NCBI GenBank assembly: GCA_963708145.1
Contig: OY970189.1
Span: 4,978,959 to 5,042,958, forward strand
Length of the DNA stretch: 64,000 bases
Direction: 5' to 3'
Origin: an uncultured Planctomycetaceae bacterium
Lineage (GTDB): Bacteria; Planctomycetota; Planctomycetia; Isosphaerales; Isosphaeraceae
Shown here: piece by piece, positions 19,952 to 29,289 of the stretch
Position numbering within the stretch: the stretch's first letter is position 1
How the letters are laid out: each line of letters begins with the position of its first letter
The notes under the pieces: generated by a model
Seen by the model: only the letters and a program-made list of their open reading frames with translations
Told to the model about the DNA's origin: nothing
Databases searched by the model: none
Made by a program: the position numbers and the translations under genes

Positions 19952-20518
19952 CACCCGACTGCCGTCGGCGCTGCGATCGCGCTCCCACGCCGCGCATTCC
20001 GACGCCAGTTCACCGGCCGAGCCGATCCGCCGCTCCAGGCACTGCCGCGCCAGCACGCTCAGCTCGATCTCCGCCACGTTCAGCCAGCTGCCGTGGCGCG
20101 GCGTGTGGATGATCTCCAGCCGCCGCGCCAGCCGATGCGCCTCCTCCGGCGGGAACGCCGCGTACAGCGCCGCGATCGTGTGCGTGTTCAGGTTGTCGCA
20201 CACCAGCCGCACCTTCCGCGCCCGCGGGTCGTCCTCGTCCAGCAGCCGCCGCACCTCGTGCGCCCAGTCGAGTCGCGTGCGGCTGTCCCGGCAACTGACC
20301 CGCCGCCACCCGCCGTTGGGGTCGAAGAACAGGAACAGCGCCTGCACCCCCTTGCGCTCGTAGTGGTAGTCCTCCCGGCCGGCCCGCCCCGGGGCCGGGG
20401 GGATCGCGTCGTGCAGGCCCTCGAGCAATTGCTTGGACGCCTCGTCCATGCAGACCGTCGGCTCCTCGTCGCTCGGCGGCAGGGCGTAGACATCCAGCAC
20501 CCGTTCCATCTGGGCCAC
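19904..20518 (-). CDS. IS630-C transposase DDE fragment (truncated by IS66 insertion)
   Basis: ...ITMDEASKQLL..REDYHYERKGVQALFLFFDPNGGWRRVSCRDSRTRLDWAHEVRRLLDEDDPRARKVRLVCDNLNTHT...SWLNVAEIELSVL...DGSRVV then junction. Confidence 0.7.
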   Translation of the reverse strand: MAQMERVLDVYALPPSDEEPTVCMDEASKQLLEGLHDAIPPAPGRAGREDYHYERKGVQALFLFFDPNGGWRRVSCRDSRTRLDWAHEVRRLLDEDDPRARKVRLVCDNLNTHTIAALYAAFPPEEAHRLARRLEIIHTPRHGSWLNVAEIELSVLARQCLERRIGSAGELASECAAWERDRSADGSRVVGVQGPMLGFMAWPV

Positions 20519-20589
20519 GAACCGCGCCGCGTCCCGCTCCGGGATGCACCACGACTCGGTCTTGAGCCAGGGCTTCAGCGCGTTTTTTT

Positions 20590-22262
20590 CTAGGGCGGCA
20601 GAACCTTCTTGATCGGCCTTTTCGCATCGGTTACGCCTGGGACGGAACCTTTCCAGGAGCTGACCGATGGCCCGACGGACCGCCCGCCCTCAGCCGACCC
20701 GCGACGTCGATCTGCCGGCCCTGGCGCGGACCTGCCCCGAGTGCGGCGCCGCGCTGTGGGCCGCCTACAAGACCCGCCGCACCGTCACCACGCTCGACGG
20801 CCTCGTCCGCCTCGGACTCCAGGTCCGCCGGTGCCGCAACCGCGAGTGCCGGCGGTTCGGCGTGCCACTACGGCCCGAGCAGGAGGGCGGGTCGGTCCTG
20901 CCCCAGCACGAGTTCGGGCCCGACGTCATCGCCCTGGTCGGCCGGCTCCGCCATGCCGAGCACCGCAGCGTCCCGGAGATCCACACCGAGCTGGTCCGCC
21001 GCGGCGTGCCGATCTGCTCGCGCAGCGCCGGCGACCTCCTGGACCGCTACGACGAACTCCTGGCGCTGTCCTGCGCGGACGTCGGCCGGCTGCGGCGGGC
21101 CACGTCGGAGGCGGGGCGCGTGATCCTGGCCATCGACGGCCTGCAGCCGGACGTCGGCCACGAGGTCCTCTGGGTGCTCCGCGACGTCCTCAGCGGCGAG
21201 GTGCTCCTGGCCCGGAGCCTGCTGTCCTCCCGCCAGGATGACCTGGCGGAGCTGATCGGCGAGGTCAAGCGGGCGTTGGAGGTGCCGATTGACGGGGTGG
21301 TCTCCGATGGGCAGGCCCCGATCCGCAACGCGGTCGCGAAAGCCCCCGATGGGGTGCCCCGCCAACTCTGCCAGTTCCACTACCTTCGTGAGGCGACGCC
21401 GCCGGTCTACGGGGCCGATCGCCACATCAAGGTCCGATTGAAGAGGCAGATCCGTGGGATTCGGCCGATCGAGCGCGAGGTCGGAGGCCGGCAGGACGCC
21501 GAGGCCGAGGTGATCCGAGGCTCTTGCGCGGCGGTCCGCTCGGCGGTGACCGATGACGGCCGCCCGCCCCTGGAGGCCTCGGGGCTGAAGTTGCAGAAGC
21601 GGCCGAGCGAGGTGGCTGCGAGCCTGGACCGGGGCGGCTCAACGGGGGGCTCCCGAAGGAGCTGACGCGGCTGCGGGCGATCCTGGCGAAGGACCTGGAG
21701 GCGACCGCGGCGCAATGGCCGGACGTGCGGGTGGCCTTCGGCTGGGTGCACCGCGCGGCGGCCGTCCTCCGCAACAAGAAGGGGCTGGACGGCGCGGGCG
21801 CGGCGCCGCTACCGCGGGCTGATCGCGGCGATCGCCCGCCATCGCCGGGCCGCGGGCCGTCTGGCCGAGGCGTTCGCGCACTTCCTGAAGGTGACGCGGA
21901 GCTACTGGCCGGGGCTGTTCCGCTGCCACGAGGTCGCCGATCTGCCCCGCACCAACGACGAGCTGGAGCAGTTCTTCGGCTCGTGCCGCTACCACGAGCG
22001 GCGGGCCAGCGGTCGCGAGGTCGCCTGCCCGGGGACGGTGGTGCGCGGCCCAGTGCGGCTGGTGGCGTCGGCCGCGACCCGGCTGCGCCCGATCACCGTG
22101 GCCGATCTGGTCCCGAGCGACCTGAAGCGATGGCGGGAGCTGCGCGGGTCGCTGGGGCGCCGGCGGCAGGTTCGGGCGCTGGGCCGTCGATTCCGCCGTG
22201 ATCCGGTGGCCTACCTGCGATCGCTTGAGGAGGCCCTGATCAAGAAGGTTCTGCCGCCCTAG
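20590..22262 (+). mobile_element. ISL3-like insertion sequence (1673 bp) with perfect 25-bp TIR
   Basis: ctagggcggcagaaccttcttgatc (20590-20614) and gatcaagaaggttctgccgccctag (22238-22262); flanked by T-runs; inserted in orfA region of IS630-C copy A. Confidence 0.75.
20667..22262 (+). CDS. ISL3-like transposase (zf-ISL3 + DDE), frame change near 21660-21890
   Basis: N-terminal CPECGAALW...RRCRNRECRRFG zinc finger, ILAIDGLQPDVGHEVLWVLRDVLSGEVL, VVSDGQAPIRNAV...QLCQFHYLREA, C-terminal TNDELEQFFGSCRYHERRASG in second frame. Confidence 0.7.
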
Positions 22263-22789
22263 CTTTTTTGAGCGCCCGGCGCACGGTCTCGATGCAGACC
22301 TGGGTGACCAGGCCGCGGGCCTTCAGCTCGTCGGCCAGGAGCCTGAGCGTCCAGCGGGCCTGGCCCTCGGGGGACGGGCCGCAGTGGATGGCGACCAGGT
22401 GGGCCTCGGCGCGGCCGTCGATCTTGGGGGCCACCGGCGGAGCCGCGCGGGGCTTGCGGCCGAAGGCGGCGTCGAGCCCCCGGCGGCGAAGTCCTTGCGG
22501 ACCCGGGCGACGGTGTTGACGTGCATCCCGAGGGCCGCCCCGATCCAGGCATCGGTCCGGCAGCCCTCGGGGTGGGCCGAGTCGGCGTGGAGCAACAGCC
22601 GGGCGTATCGGGCCCTGCGGGCCGGGGTGTTGCCGTCGCGGGCGAGCCGCTCGAGGTCGCGGCGCTGCGCATCGGTGAGCCGGACCTGGGCCTTCAGTGG
22701 GGAGTTTAACGGGTCGGCCTCCGGATCGCTGGACAGGGGTAAGATCCGGGGCCGAGGATACCCACTCTTTTAATGTAGAGCCACCAGTA

Positions 22790-24332
22790 GGGTGGGCACC
22801 GCCAACCCTCTAAACATGCACTATATGAATCTGTTAAACTGCCACTCTCCAAGGAGTTACCAACTTTGTAGGGGGGCAGTTTCGGTGATCCACAGCGACG
22901 TCTTCGAACGGTTTACCCAGGGTGATACCATCCCCGTCATGGCGCAGGCCCTGATGGAGAACGCCCTCAACCCTCGGGTCCTCGACCAGCTCTTCGAAGA
23001 CGTGGCCGAGCGGCAATATACACGCGAACTCCTGTCCTCCTCGATCGTCGAACTGATGAGCGTTGTCGTCTGTGGCATCCGCCCCTCCATCAACGCCGCC
23101 TACGCCAAGGACGCCGTGCCCATCAACGCCTCGCTCACCGCCCTCTACCGCAAGATCGAACGCATCGAGACACCGATCGGGGCCGCCCTGGTCCGGAAGT
23201 CGGCCGAGCGGCTCGCCCCCGTCATCACGGCCATGGGGAGCGGCTTGGCGCCGTCCCTGGCGGGCTATCGCACCAAGATCCTCGACGGCAACCACCTGGC
23301 CAAGACCGAGCACCGGATCGAGGAATCGCGGACGATGCGAGCCGGGGCCTTGCCCGGCCATGCCTTGGTTGTCTTCGATCCCGAGCTGATGCTGGTCCTT
23401 GATGTCGTCCTCTGCGAAGACGGCCATGCCCAGGAGCGGTCGCCGCTGGATCAGGTTCCGGGAACGATCGCGGCCAAGGACCTCTGGATCGCCGACCGCA
23501 ACTTCTGCACCACCGACTTCCTCTTCGGGATCGCCGGGCGCGGCGGTTCGTTCGTGATCCGTCAGCACAGCTCGACGCTGTATTGCGCGCTCGTGGGCAA
23601 GCGGAAGGCCCGGGGACGGGTCGCGACCGGCGCGGTCTTCGAGCAGGCCCTTCGGGCGACGGACCGCACCGGCGAGGTCCTCCTCCTGCGGCGAATCACG
23701 GTGATCCTGGACAAGCCGACCCGGGACGGCGACGCCGAGATCCATCTGTTGACGAACTTGCCGGTTCGGGCCGCGGGCGCACAACTGGTCGCGGAGATGG
23801 ATCGCCGCCGCTGGACGATCGAGACCGCCTTCCAGGAGATGGAGAGGGCGCTCAAGGGCGAGATCAAGGAGTTGGGTTATCCCAAGGCGGCCCCGTTCAG
23901 CTTCTGCGTGGCGCTGCCGTCCTACAACGTGATGGGGACCGTCAAGGCGGCGCTTTGCGCGGCGCACGGCGCCGCGGCGACCGGGACGGTCTCCGGGTTT
24001 TCCCTGGCCGATGAGGTGCAGATGAACCACCGCGGGATGATCCGAGCGATCCCGAAGGACGAGTGGGTGGGATTTCAGGAGATGTCGCCGGTGGAGTTGG
24101 CCGGATGGCTGGTCGCGTGGGCGCGGACGGTTCCCCTGTCGGAGTACCGCAAGCGCCGCGCGGCCCGAAGAAGCCGAAGCCGGAGAAACAGAGTGGGGCG
24201 AAAGTCAGTCATGTCGCTACGTCGAAAATAGTGAAAGCTCGGGGACACTGTACATAGTTCACGTTTAGAGGGTTGGGTGGGCACCGCCCACCATCCCGTG
24301 TGGGTCGAAGGACAAGTGGGCGGTGCCCACCC
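22790..24332 (+). mobile_element. IS4-family insertion sequence (about 1.54 kb), lower GC than surroundings
   Basis: TIR gggtgggcaccgccaaccctctaaacatgcactat (22790-) and revcomp ...atagttcacgtttagagggttgg...ggcggtgcccaccc (to 24332, with internal duplication); TA on both sides. Confidence 0.8.
22792..24231 (+). CDS. IS4-family DDE transposase
   Basis: Intact 479-aa ORF; DDE residues in LWIADRNFCTTDF, HLLTNL, and IS4 signature Y-x2-R-x3-E-x6-K in MDRRRWTIETAFQEMERALKGEIKELG. True start may be internal (ORF begins inside TIR). Confidence 0.9.
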   Translation: MGTANPLNMHYMNLLNCHSPRSYQLCRGAVSVIHSDVFERFTQGDTIPVMAQALMENALNPRVLDQLFEDVAERQYTRELLSSSIVELMSVVVCGIRPSINAAYAKDAVPINASLTALYRKIERIETPIGAALVRKSAERLAPVITAMGSGLAPSLAGYRTKILDGNHLAKTEHRIEESRTMRAGALPGHALVVFDPELMLVLDVVLCEDGHAQERSPLDQVPGTIAAKDLWIADRNFCTTDFLFGIAGRGGSFVIRQHSSTLYCALVGKRKARGRVATGAVFEQALRATDRTGEVLLLRRITVILDKPTRDGDAEIHLLTNLPVRAAGAQLVAEMDRRRWTIETAFQEMERALKGEIKELGYPKAAPFSFCVALPSYNVMGTVKAALCAAHGAAATGTVSGFSLADEVQMNHRGMIRAIPKDEWVGFQEMSPVELAGWLVAWARTVPLSEYRKRRAARRSRSRRNRVGRKSVMSLRRK

Positions 24333-24334
24333 TA

Positions 24335-25559
24335 CTGGTGCATCATCTCTAAAAAAGTGGGTATCATGTGGGCCGGTTTTTCCTTATCGCCCGAGCACCG
24401 GAGGCCGACCCGATGAACTCCCCGCTGAAATGCCAGGTCCGGCTCACCGACGAGCGGCGCCGCGACCTCGAGCGGCTCGCCCGCGACGGCGGCACGCCGG
24501 CCCGGAAGGCCCGGTACGCCCGGCTGTTGCTCCACGCCGACTCGGCCCACCCCGAGGGCTGCCGCTCCGACGCCTGGATCGCCGCCGCGTTGGGGATGCA
24601 CGTCAACACCGTCGCCCGGGTCCGCAAGGACTTCGTCGCCGGGGGGGAGGACAGCGCCTCGGGCGCAAGCCCCGCGCGACCCCGCCGGTCCCCCCCAAGA
24701 TCGACGGCCGTGTCGAGGCCCACCTGGTCGCCCTCTGCTGCTCCAAGGCCCCGGCGGGCCGCGACCGCTGGACGTTGAGGCTGCTGGCCGACGAGCTGAA
24801 GGGCCGCGGCCTGGTCACCGCGGTCTCGATCGAGACGGTCCGCCGGGCGCTGAAACGCGCTGCAGCCCTGGCGGAAGCAGTGCTGGTGCATCCCCGAGCG
24901 GGACGCGGCGCGGTTCGTCGCCGACATGGAGCGGGTGCTCGACGTCTACGCCTCCCCCCCTCGGAGGAGGAGCCGGTGATCACGATGGACGAGGCGTCCA
25001 AGCAACTCCTGGCCGACGAGCGCGAGCCGCTCGCGGCGGCGCCGGGCCAGCCGGCGCGGGAGGACTATCACTACGAGCGGCGCGGCGTGCAGGCGCTGTT
25101 CCTGTTCTTCGACTCCAACGGCGGGTGGCGGCGGGTCAGTTGCCGGGACAGCCGCACGCGACTCGACTGGGCGCACGAGGTGCGGCGGCTGCTGGACGAG
25201 GACGACCCGCGGGCGCGGAAGGTGCGGCTGGTGTGCGACAACCTGAACACGCACACGATCGCGGCGCTGTACGCGGCGTTCCCGCCGGAGGAGGCGCATC
25301 GGCTGGCGCGGCGGCTGGAGATCATCCACACGCCGCGCCACGGCAGCTGGCTGAACGTGGCGGAGATCGAGCTGAGCGTGCTGGCGCGGCAGTGCCTGGA
25401 GCGGCGGATCGGCTCGGCCGGTGAACTGGCGTCGGAATGCGCGGCGTGGGAGCGCGATCGCAGCGCCGACGGCAGTCGGGTGGTCTGGAAGTTCACGACG
25501 GCGGATGCCCGGGTCAAGCTGAGGCATCTCTACCCACACATTAAAGGTTGAAGCACCAC
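24335..25559 (+). mobile_element. IS630-family element C, copy B (intact ends, 1225 bp)
   Basis: Ends ctggtgcatcatctctaaaaaagtgggtatcatg / ...catctctacccacacattaaaggttgaagcaccac (imperfect TIR); TA 24333-24334 and 25560-25561 shared with neighbours. Confidence 0.8.
24413..25551 (+). CDS. IS630-C transposase (HTH + DDE), two frame changes (near 24850 and C8 run near 24950)
   Basis: SD ggagg + ATG; MNSPLKCQVRLTDERRRDLERLARDGG...LGMHVNTVARVRKDF; ...ETVRRALK / NALQPWRKQCWCIPE / PPSEEEPVITMDEASKQLL...WKFTTADARVKLRHLYPHIKG. Confidence 0.75.
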
Positions 25560-25561
25560 TA

Positions 25562-26971
25562 GTGGGTCATGTGGCTTGCCCGTGGCCATAACCGGACCCA
25601 CGTGGTATGATGAGCGGCCTCCCGCCCCATGGAGGCCGCCATGTCCCGCCGCAAGAAGGATCCGCTCCGGCCCCTCACCGACGCCGAGCGCGACGAATTG
25701 GCCCAACTCAGCCGGTCCCGGGCCGCACCCGCCGTCGAGGTCGCCCGGGCCACCATGCTCCTGGCCGTCGCCCGCGGCGACGGCTACCAGGCGGCGGCCC
25801 GCGCCGTCGGCCGCCGCTCCGGCGATGCCGTCCCCCACCGCGTCGCCCGCTTCAACGCCGAGGGCCTCGCCGCCCTGGCGCCCCGCCACGGCGGCGGGCG
25901 GCGGCCGACCGACGGCCCGGGGGCGACCGGGCGGATCGTGGCCGAGGCCGTCCGAGCGCCGACCCCCGAGGGCGACGGCGCCGCGAGCGGGTCGCTCACG
26001 ACGCCGCGCCGGTCACTCCGCGCGGCGCCCGACGGCCTGCCGCGGGTCTCGACCTACACGATCCGGCGCCGCCTCCGCGCGGCCGGGGCCAGCTCCCAGC
26101 GCCGCCGCACCTGGTGCCCGACCGGCACGGCGCCCCGGCGGCGCGAGGCCGGGCCGGCGGTGGTCACCGACCCGGATGCGGGCGCAAAGAGAGGTGATCG
26201 GGGACGCCTACCGGCTGGGCGCGGCCATGGGGCCGGCGGTCCGGTGCACCGACCAGGCCGGGCCCTCCCGGGCGATCCCCTACCCGGGCCACTCCTGGCG
26301 GCCCGAGGGCGACCCGGCCCGCTCGCCGCACGAGTCCCTGCGAGCGGGGACGGCCAAGGCCCTGGCGCTGTCCCGACCCGCCGACGGCCACGTCCGCCTG
26401 CACGGTGTGACGGCCGGCCCCAACGCGGTCCTGCACCCCTGGCTCAAGCGGCAGCTGGCCGAGGCCCTGGCCGGCATGCCCGACCCGCCCGCCGAGCCCG
26501 CCGGGGGGTGGCGTGCGGCCTGGGGACGCTGGCAGGAGGGCCTCTCGATCAGGCCGACCCGGCTCTCGGGGCTGCCGCCGCTGCGGATGCCCCCGGTGCT
26601 CGATGACCTCGCCGGCCACAAGGCGCCGGAGTTGGTCTGCTGGCTGTTGGCGCACGGGATCATGCCGCTGTCCGCGCCGGCGGGCGGGTCGTGGCTGACC
26701 GGGGCCGAGAGCCGCAGCGGATCCTCAAGCGGCGGGCGCCGGACGGCCAGCACCCGGGCGACACCGGCCCGATCATCGCCCGGTTCGAGGCGGCGGCGCG
26801 GCACGGGGATCAGGCCCCGACGCCGTCCGAGCGGGGCGGCAAGCGGGCGGCTCGCCGGCAGCGGCAGCGCGAGCGTCGTCACCGCATCGGCGGCTCGGGG
26901 GCATGCACACGTCTGCCTGTCTTATGGCAGGCGGGGACCGGTTATGGCCACGCGCAAGCCACATGACCCAC
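25562..26971 (+). mobile_element. IS630-family element A, copy 2 (1410 bp, TA-flanked)
   Basis: Same termini as copy 1 in opposite orientation; TA 25560-25561 / 26972-26973; carries an extra segment (about 25774-25836) relative to copy 1. Confidence 0.85.
25629..26966 (+). CDS. IS630-A transposase (orfA + orfB, frame changes near 26185 and 26700)
   Basis: orfA MEAAMSRRKKDPLRPLTDAERDELAQLSRSRAAPAVEVARATMLLAVARGDGYQAAARAVG...; orfB QREVIGDAYRLG...DDLAGHKAPELVCWLLAHGIMPLSAP; C-terminal REPQRILKRR... frame ends inside TIR. Confidence 0.75.
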
Positions 26972-27018
26972 TACGGGAGGCCGTCGACCTCAGTGATGAT
27001 GCGACACCGACCGCCGGG

Positions 27019-27821
27019 TCAGCGGTCGAGGTAGTCTTCCTGCTCGAGGCCGCGGAGGTAGGCGAGCGCCTCGTCGATCGTGCCGACGGGGGCGCCCGGG
27101 ACGCGGCCGGCGTCGTCGAGCTCGCGGAGGAGCTTCAGGTCGTCGAGGTCCTCGGGGTCGTCGGCCGACGGGCGGGCGCGCGGGGCGAGCAGGTCCATGT
27201 GGTGCGCGATCAGCCAGAGCGTCCGCGGCGTGACGGCGCCCCGCAGCGCCTCGACGGCCGCGGCGACGTGGTCCTGCGGGTCGATCGCCTTGCCGACGTC
27301 GTGCAGGAGCGCCGCCAGCAGGAACTCCTCGTCGTAGGGACGCGCCTCGCGGGCCCTCTCGAAGACCTGGAGGCTGTGGTACAGCGCGTCCCCCTCGGGA
27401 TGGTAGCGGGGGTTCTGCTTGACCGCCTCCAAAGGGCCGAGCCGCATCTTGTAGATCGCGAACCGATCGAGGTGGTCGGCCAGCGCCGCCACGGCCCCAT
27501 CGCCCTCATCCTCGTCCTCGTCGTCGGCCTCGGCGGGGTCGGGGGCCCCGAGCGCGACCGGGCCAGCGCGATCACCTGCTCGCGGACCTCGGAATCGGAG
27601 GGGAGGTCGCCGGGCCGGACGCGGTGCCCGAGCACGGCGGCGGCCTTCCTCTTGGCCACGTAGTAGGCCGATTCGCTCGCCTCCCGCAGCCGGCCCGAGG
27701 CGTCGCCCGGCTCCGGCCCGATCGCGTCGTACATCCGTCGCGCCGCCTCCAGCGCGATCTGGTGGCGGAGCCGGGCGTTGCCCGAGGTCGATCGGTGGCG
27801 CTTCTTGAATTGGTCGTGCAT
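27019..27821 (-). CDS. HD-domain (HDIG-type) phosphohydrolase; apparent frameshift near 27560
   Basis: MHDQFKKRHRSTSGNARLRHQIALEAARRMYDAIG... then LADHLDRFAIYKMRLGPLEAVKQNPRYHPEGDALYHSLQVFERAR...LLHDVGKAIDP...HHMDLLA. Confidence 0.8.
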
Positions 27822-27849
27822 CGTCGTGTTTGTCGGTGCGGACTTCGGA

Positions 27850-27995
27850 GGAGAGATTTCACCACAGAGATCACGGAGAAGAGAAAAAGGAGAAGAATAT
27901 TAAATAGAAATTTAAATTTTTTTATTTAAAATATTTTTCTCATTATCTCTCTTCTTCCTCTCTGTGGTCTCTGTGGTGAAGTCTCTCCTCTTCTT
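27850..27995. repeat. AT-rich imperfect palindrome (about 145 bp; arms about 62 bp) in convergent/tandem intergenic region
   Basis: gagatttcaccacagagatcacggagaagagaaaaaggagaagaatattaaatagaaatttaaat | ttttttt | atttaaaatatttttctcattatctctcttcttcctctctgtggtctctgtggtgaagtctc; about 30% GC in a 70% GC genome. Confidence 0.6.
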
Positions 27996-28024
27996 CACCC
28001 AATGACGGGTCCCCGGGGCGGTGT

Positions 28025-29179
28025 TCAGGCGAGGGCGCGGCGCAGGTCGTCCTGGAGGTCGTCGGCGTCCTCGATCCCGACGCTCAGGCGCACCAGGCCG
28101 TCGTCGACGCCCCTCGCGGCGCGGACGTCGGCGGGGATGCTGGCGTGGGTCATCGTCGCGGGGTGGCCGATCAACGACTCGACGCCGCCGAGGCTCTCGG
28201 CCAGGCTGAACAGGCGGGTGCGCCCGAGGAACCTCAGCGCCGCCTCGCGGCCCCCCGCCAGGCGCACGCTGATCATGCCGCCGAAGTCGCGCATCTGGCG
28301 GCTCGCGAGCTCGTGGTTCGGGTGCGAGGCGAGGCCGGGGTAATAGACGCGCTCGACCTGCGGCTGCCCTTCGAGCCACTCGGCGAGACGGCGGGCGTTG
28401 GCGCAGTGCCGCTCCATCCGGACGGCCAGCGTCTTCACCCCGCGGAGGACGAGCCAGGCGTCGAACGGGCCCGGCACGCCCCCCGCCGCATTCTGGTAGA
28501 AGGCGATCGGTTCGAGCAGGTCGCGACGGCCGACCACCGCGCCGCCGACCACGTCGGAATGGCCCCCCAGGTACTTCGTCGTGCTGTGGACGACGAGGTC
28601 GGCGCCCATCGCGATCGGGCGTTGCAGGTAGGGGGAGGCGAACGTGTTGTCCACGGCCAGCACGGCCTCGGCGCGGTGGGCCTCCTCGGCGATCGCGGCG
28701 ATGTCCAGCACCTGCAAGAGCGGGTTGGTCGGCGTCTCGACCCAGACCAGCCGCGTGGCCGGCGTGATCAGGCGCGCGATCCCCTGCGGGCTGGCGTCCT
28801 CGGTGTAGCGGGTCTCCAGCCCCCACGGCTTGAAGACGCGCTCCAAAAGGCGGAAGGTGCCGCCGTAGAGGTCGGCCGCGGCGACCACCTCCTGACCCGG
28901 CCGCAAGGCCGACAGCACGGCCGTCGTCGCCGCCAGCCCCGAGGCGAATGCCAGGGCCCGTTCGCCCCCCTCCAAAGCCGCCAGGCACGTCTCCAGGGCG
29001 GTGCGGGTCGGGTTGCCGGTCCGCGCGTATTCGTATCCCTTGTGCCTCCCCGGCGCCTCCTGCGTGAACGTCGAGGTGGCGTAGATCGGCACGACGGTCG
29101 CCCCCGTCGCCGGGTCGGCACCCTGGCCGGCGTGGATCGCCAGGGTCGAGAATCCTTGCTCGCGAGTTTCGTCGGCCAT
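28025..29179 (-). CDS. PLP-dependent cystathionine gamma-synthase/gamma-lyase family enzyme (Cys/Met metabolism)
   Basis: Intact 384-aa ORF: GFSTLAIHAGQ, YARTGNPTR, DNTFASPYLQRP, STTKYLGGHSDVVGGAV (PLP lysine) motifs. Confidence 0.9.
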   Translation of the reverse strand: MADETREQGFSTLAIHAGQGADPATGATVVPIYATSTFTQEAPGRHKGYEYARTGNPTRTALETCLAALEGGERALAFASGLAATTAVLSALRPGQEVVAAADLYGGTFRLLERVFKPWGLETRYTEDASPQGIARLITPATRLVWVETPTNPLLQVLDIAAIAEEAHRAEAVLAVDNTFASPYLQRPIAMGADLVVHSTTKYLGGHSDVVGGAVVGRRDLLEPIAFYQNAAGGVPGPFDAWLVLRGVKTLAVRMERHCANARRLAEWLEGQPQVERVYYPGLASHPNHELASRQMRDFGGMISVRLAGGREAALRFLGRTRLFSLAESLGGVESLIGHPATMTHASIPADVRAARGVDDGLVRLSVGIEDADDLQDDLRRALA

Positions 29180-29200
29180 GAGCGTTGACCCCTCGAAAAT

Positions 29201-29284
29201 GGGCCGCGGAGGGACGCGGATTGATGCGGATTCCCGCCGATCCGATCCGCCTTAATCCGCCCGATCCGCGTCCCTCCGCGGCCC
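29201..29284. repeat. GC-rich palindromic REP-like element, family 2, copy 1
   Basis: gccgcggagggacgcggattgatgcggattcccgccgatccgatccgccttaatccgcccgatccgcgtccctccgcggc; second copy 32679-32750. Confidence 0.55.
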
Positions 29285-29289
29285 ATCCC

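Larger units (their letters stand above)
18331..22787 (-). mobile_element. IS630-family element C, copy A, interrupted by two nested IS insertions
   Basis: Three segments 18331-18415, 19952-20589, 22263-22787 collinear (minus) with intact copy at 24335-25559; split by IS66-like (18416-19951) and ISL3-like (20590-22262). Confidence 0.75.
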
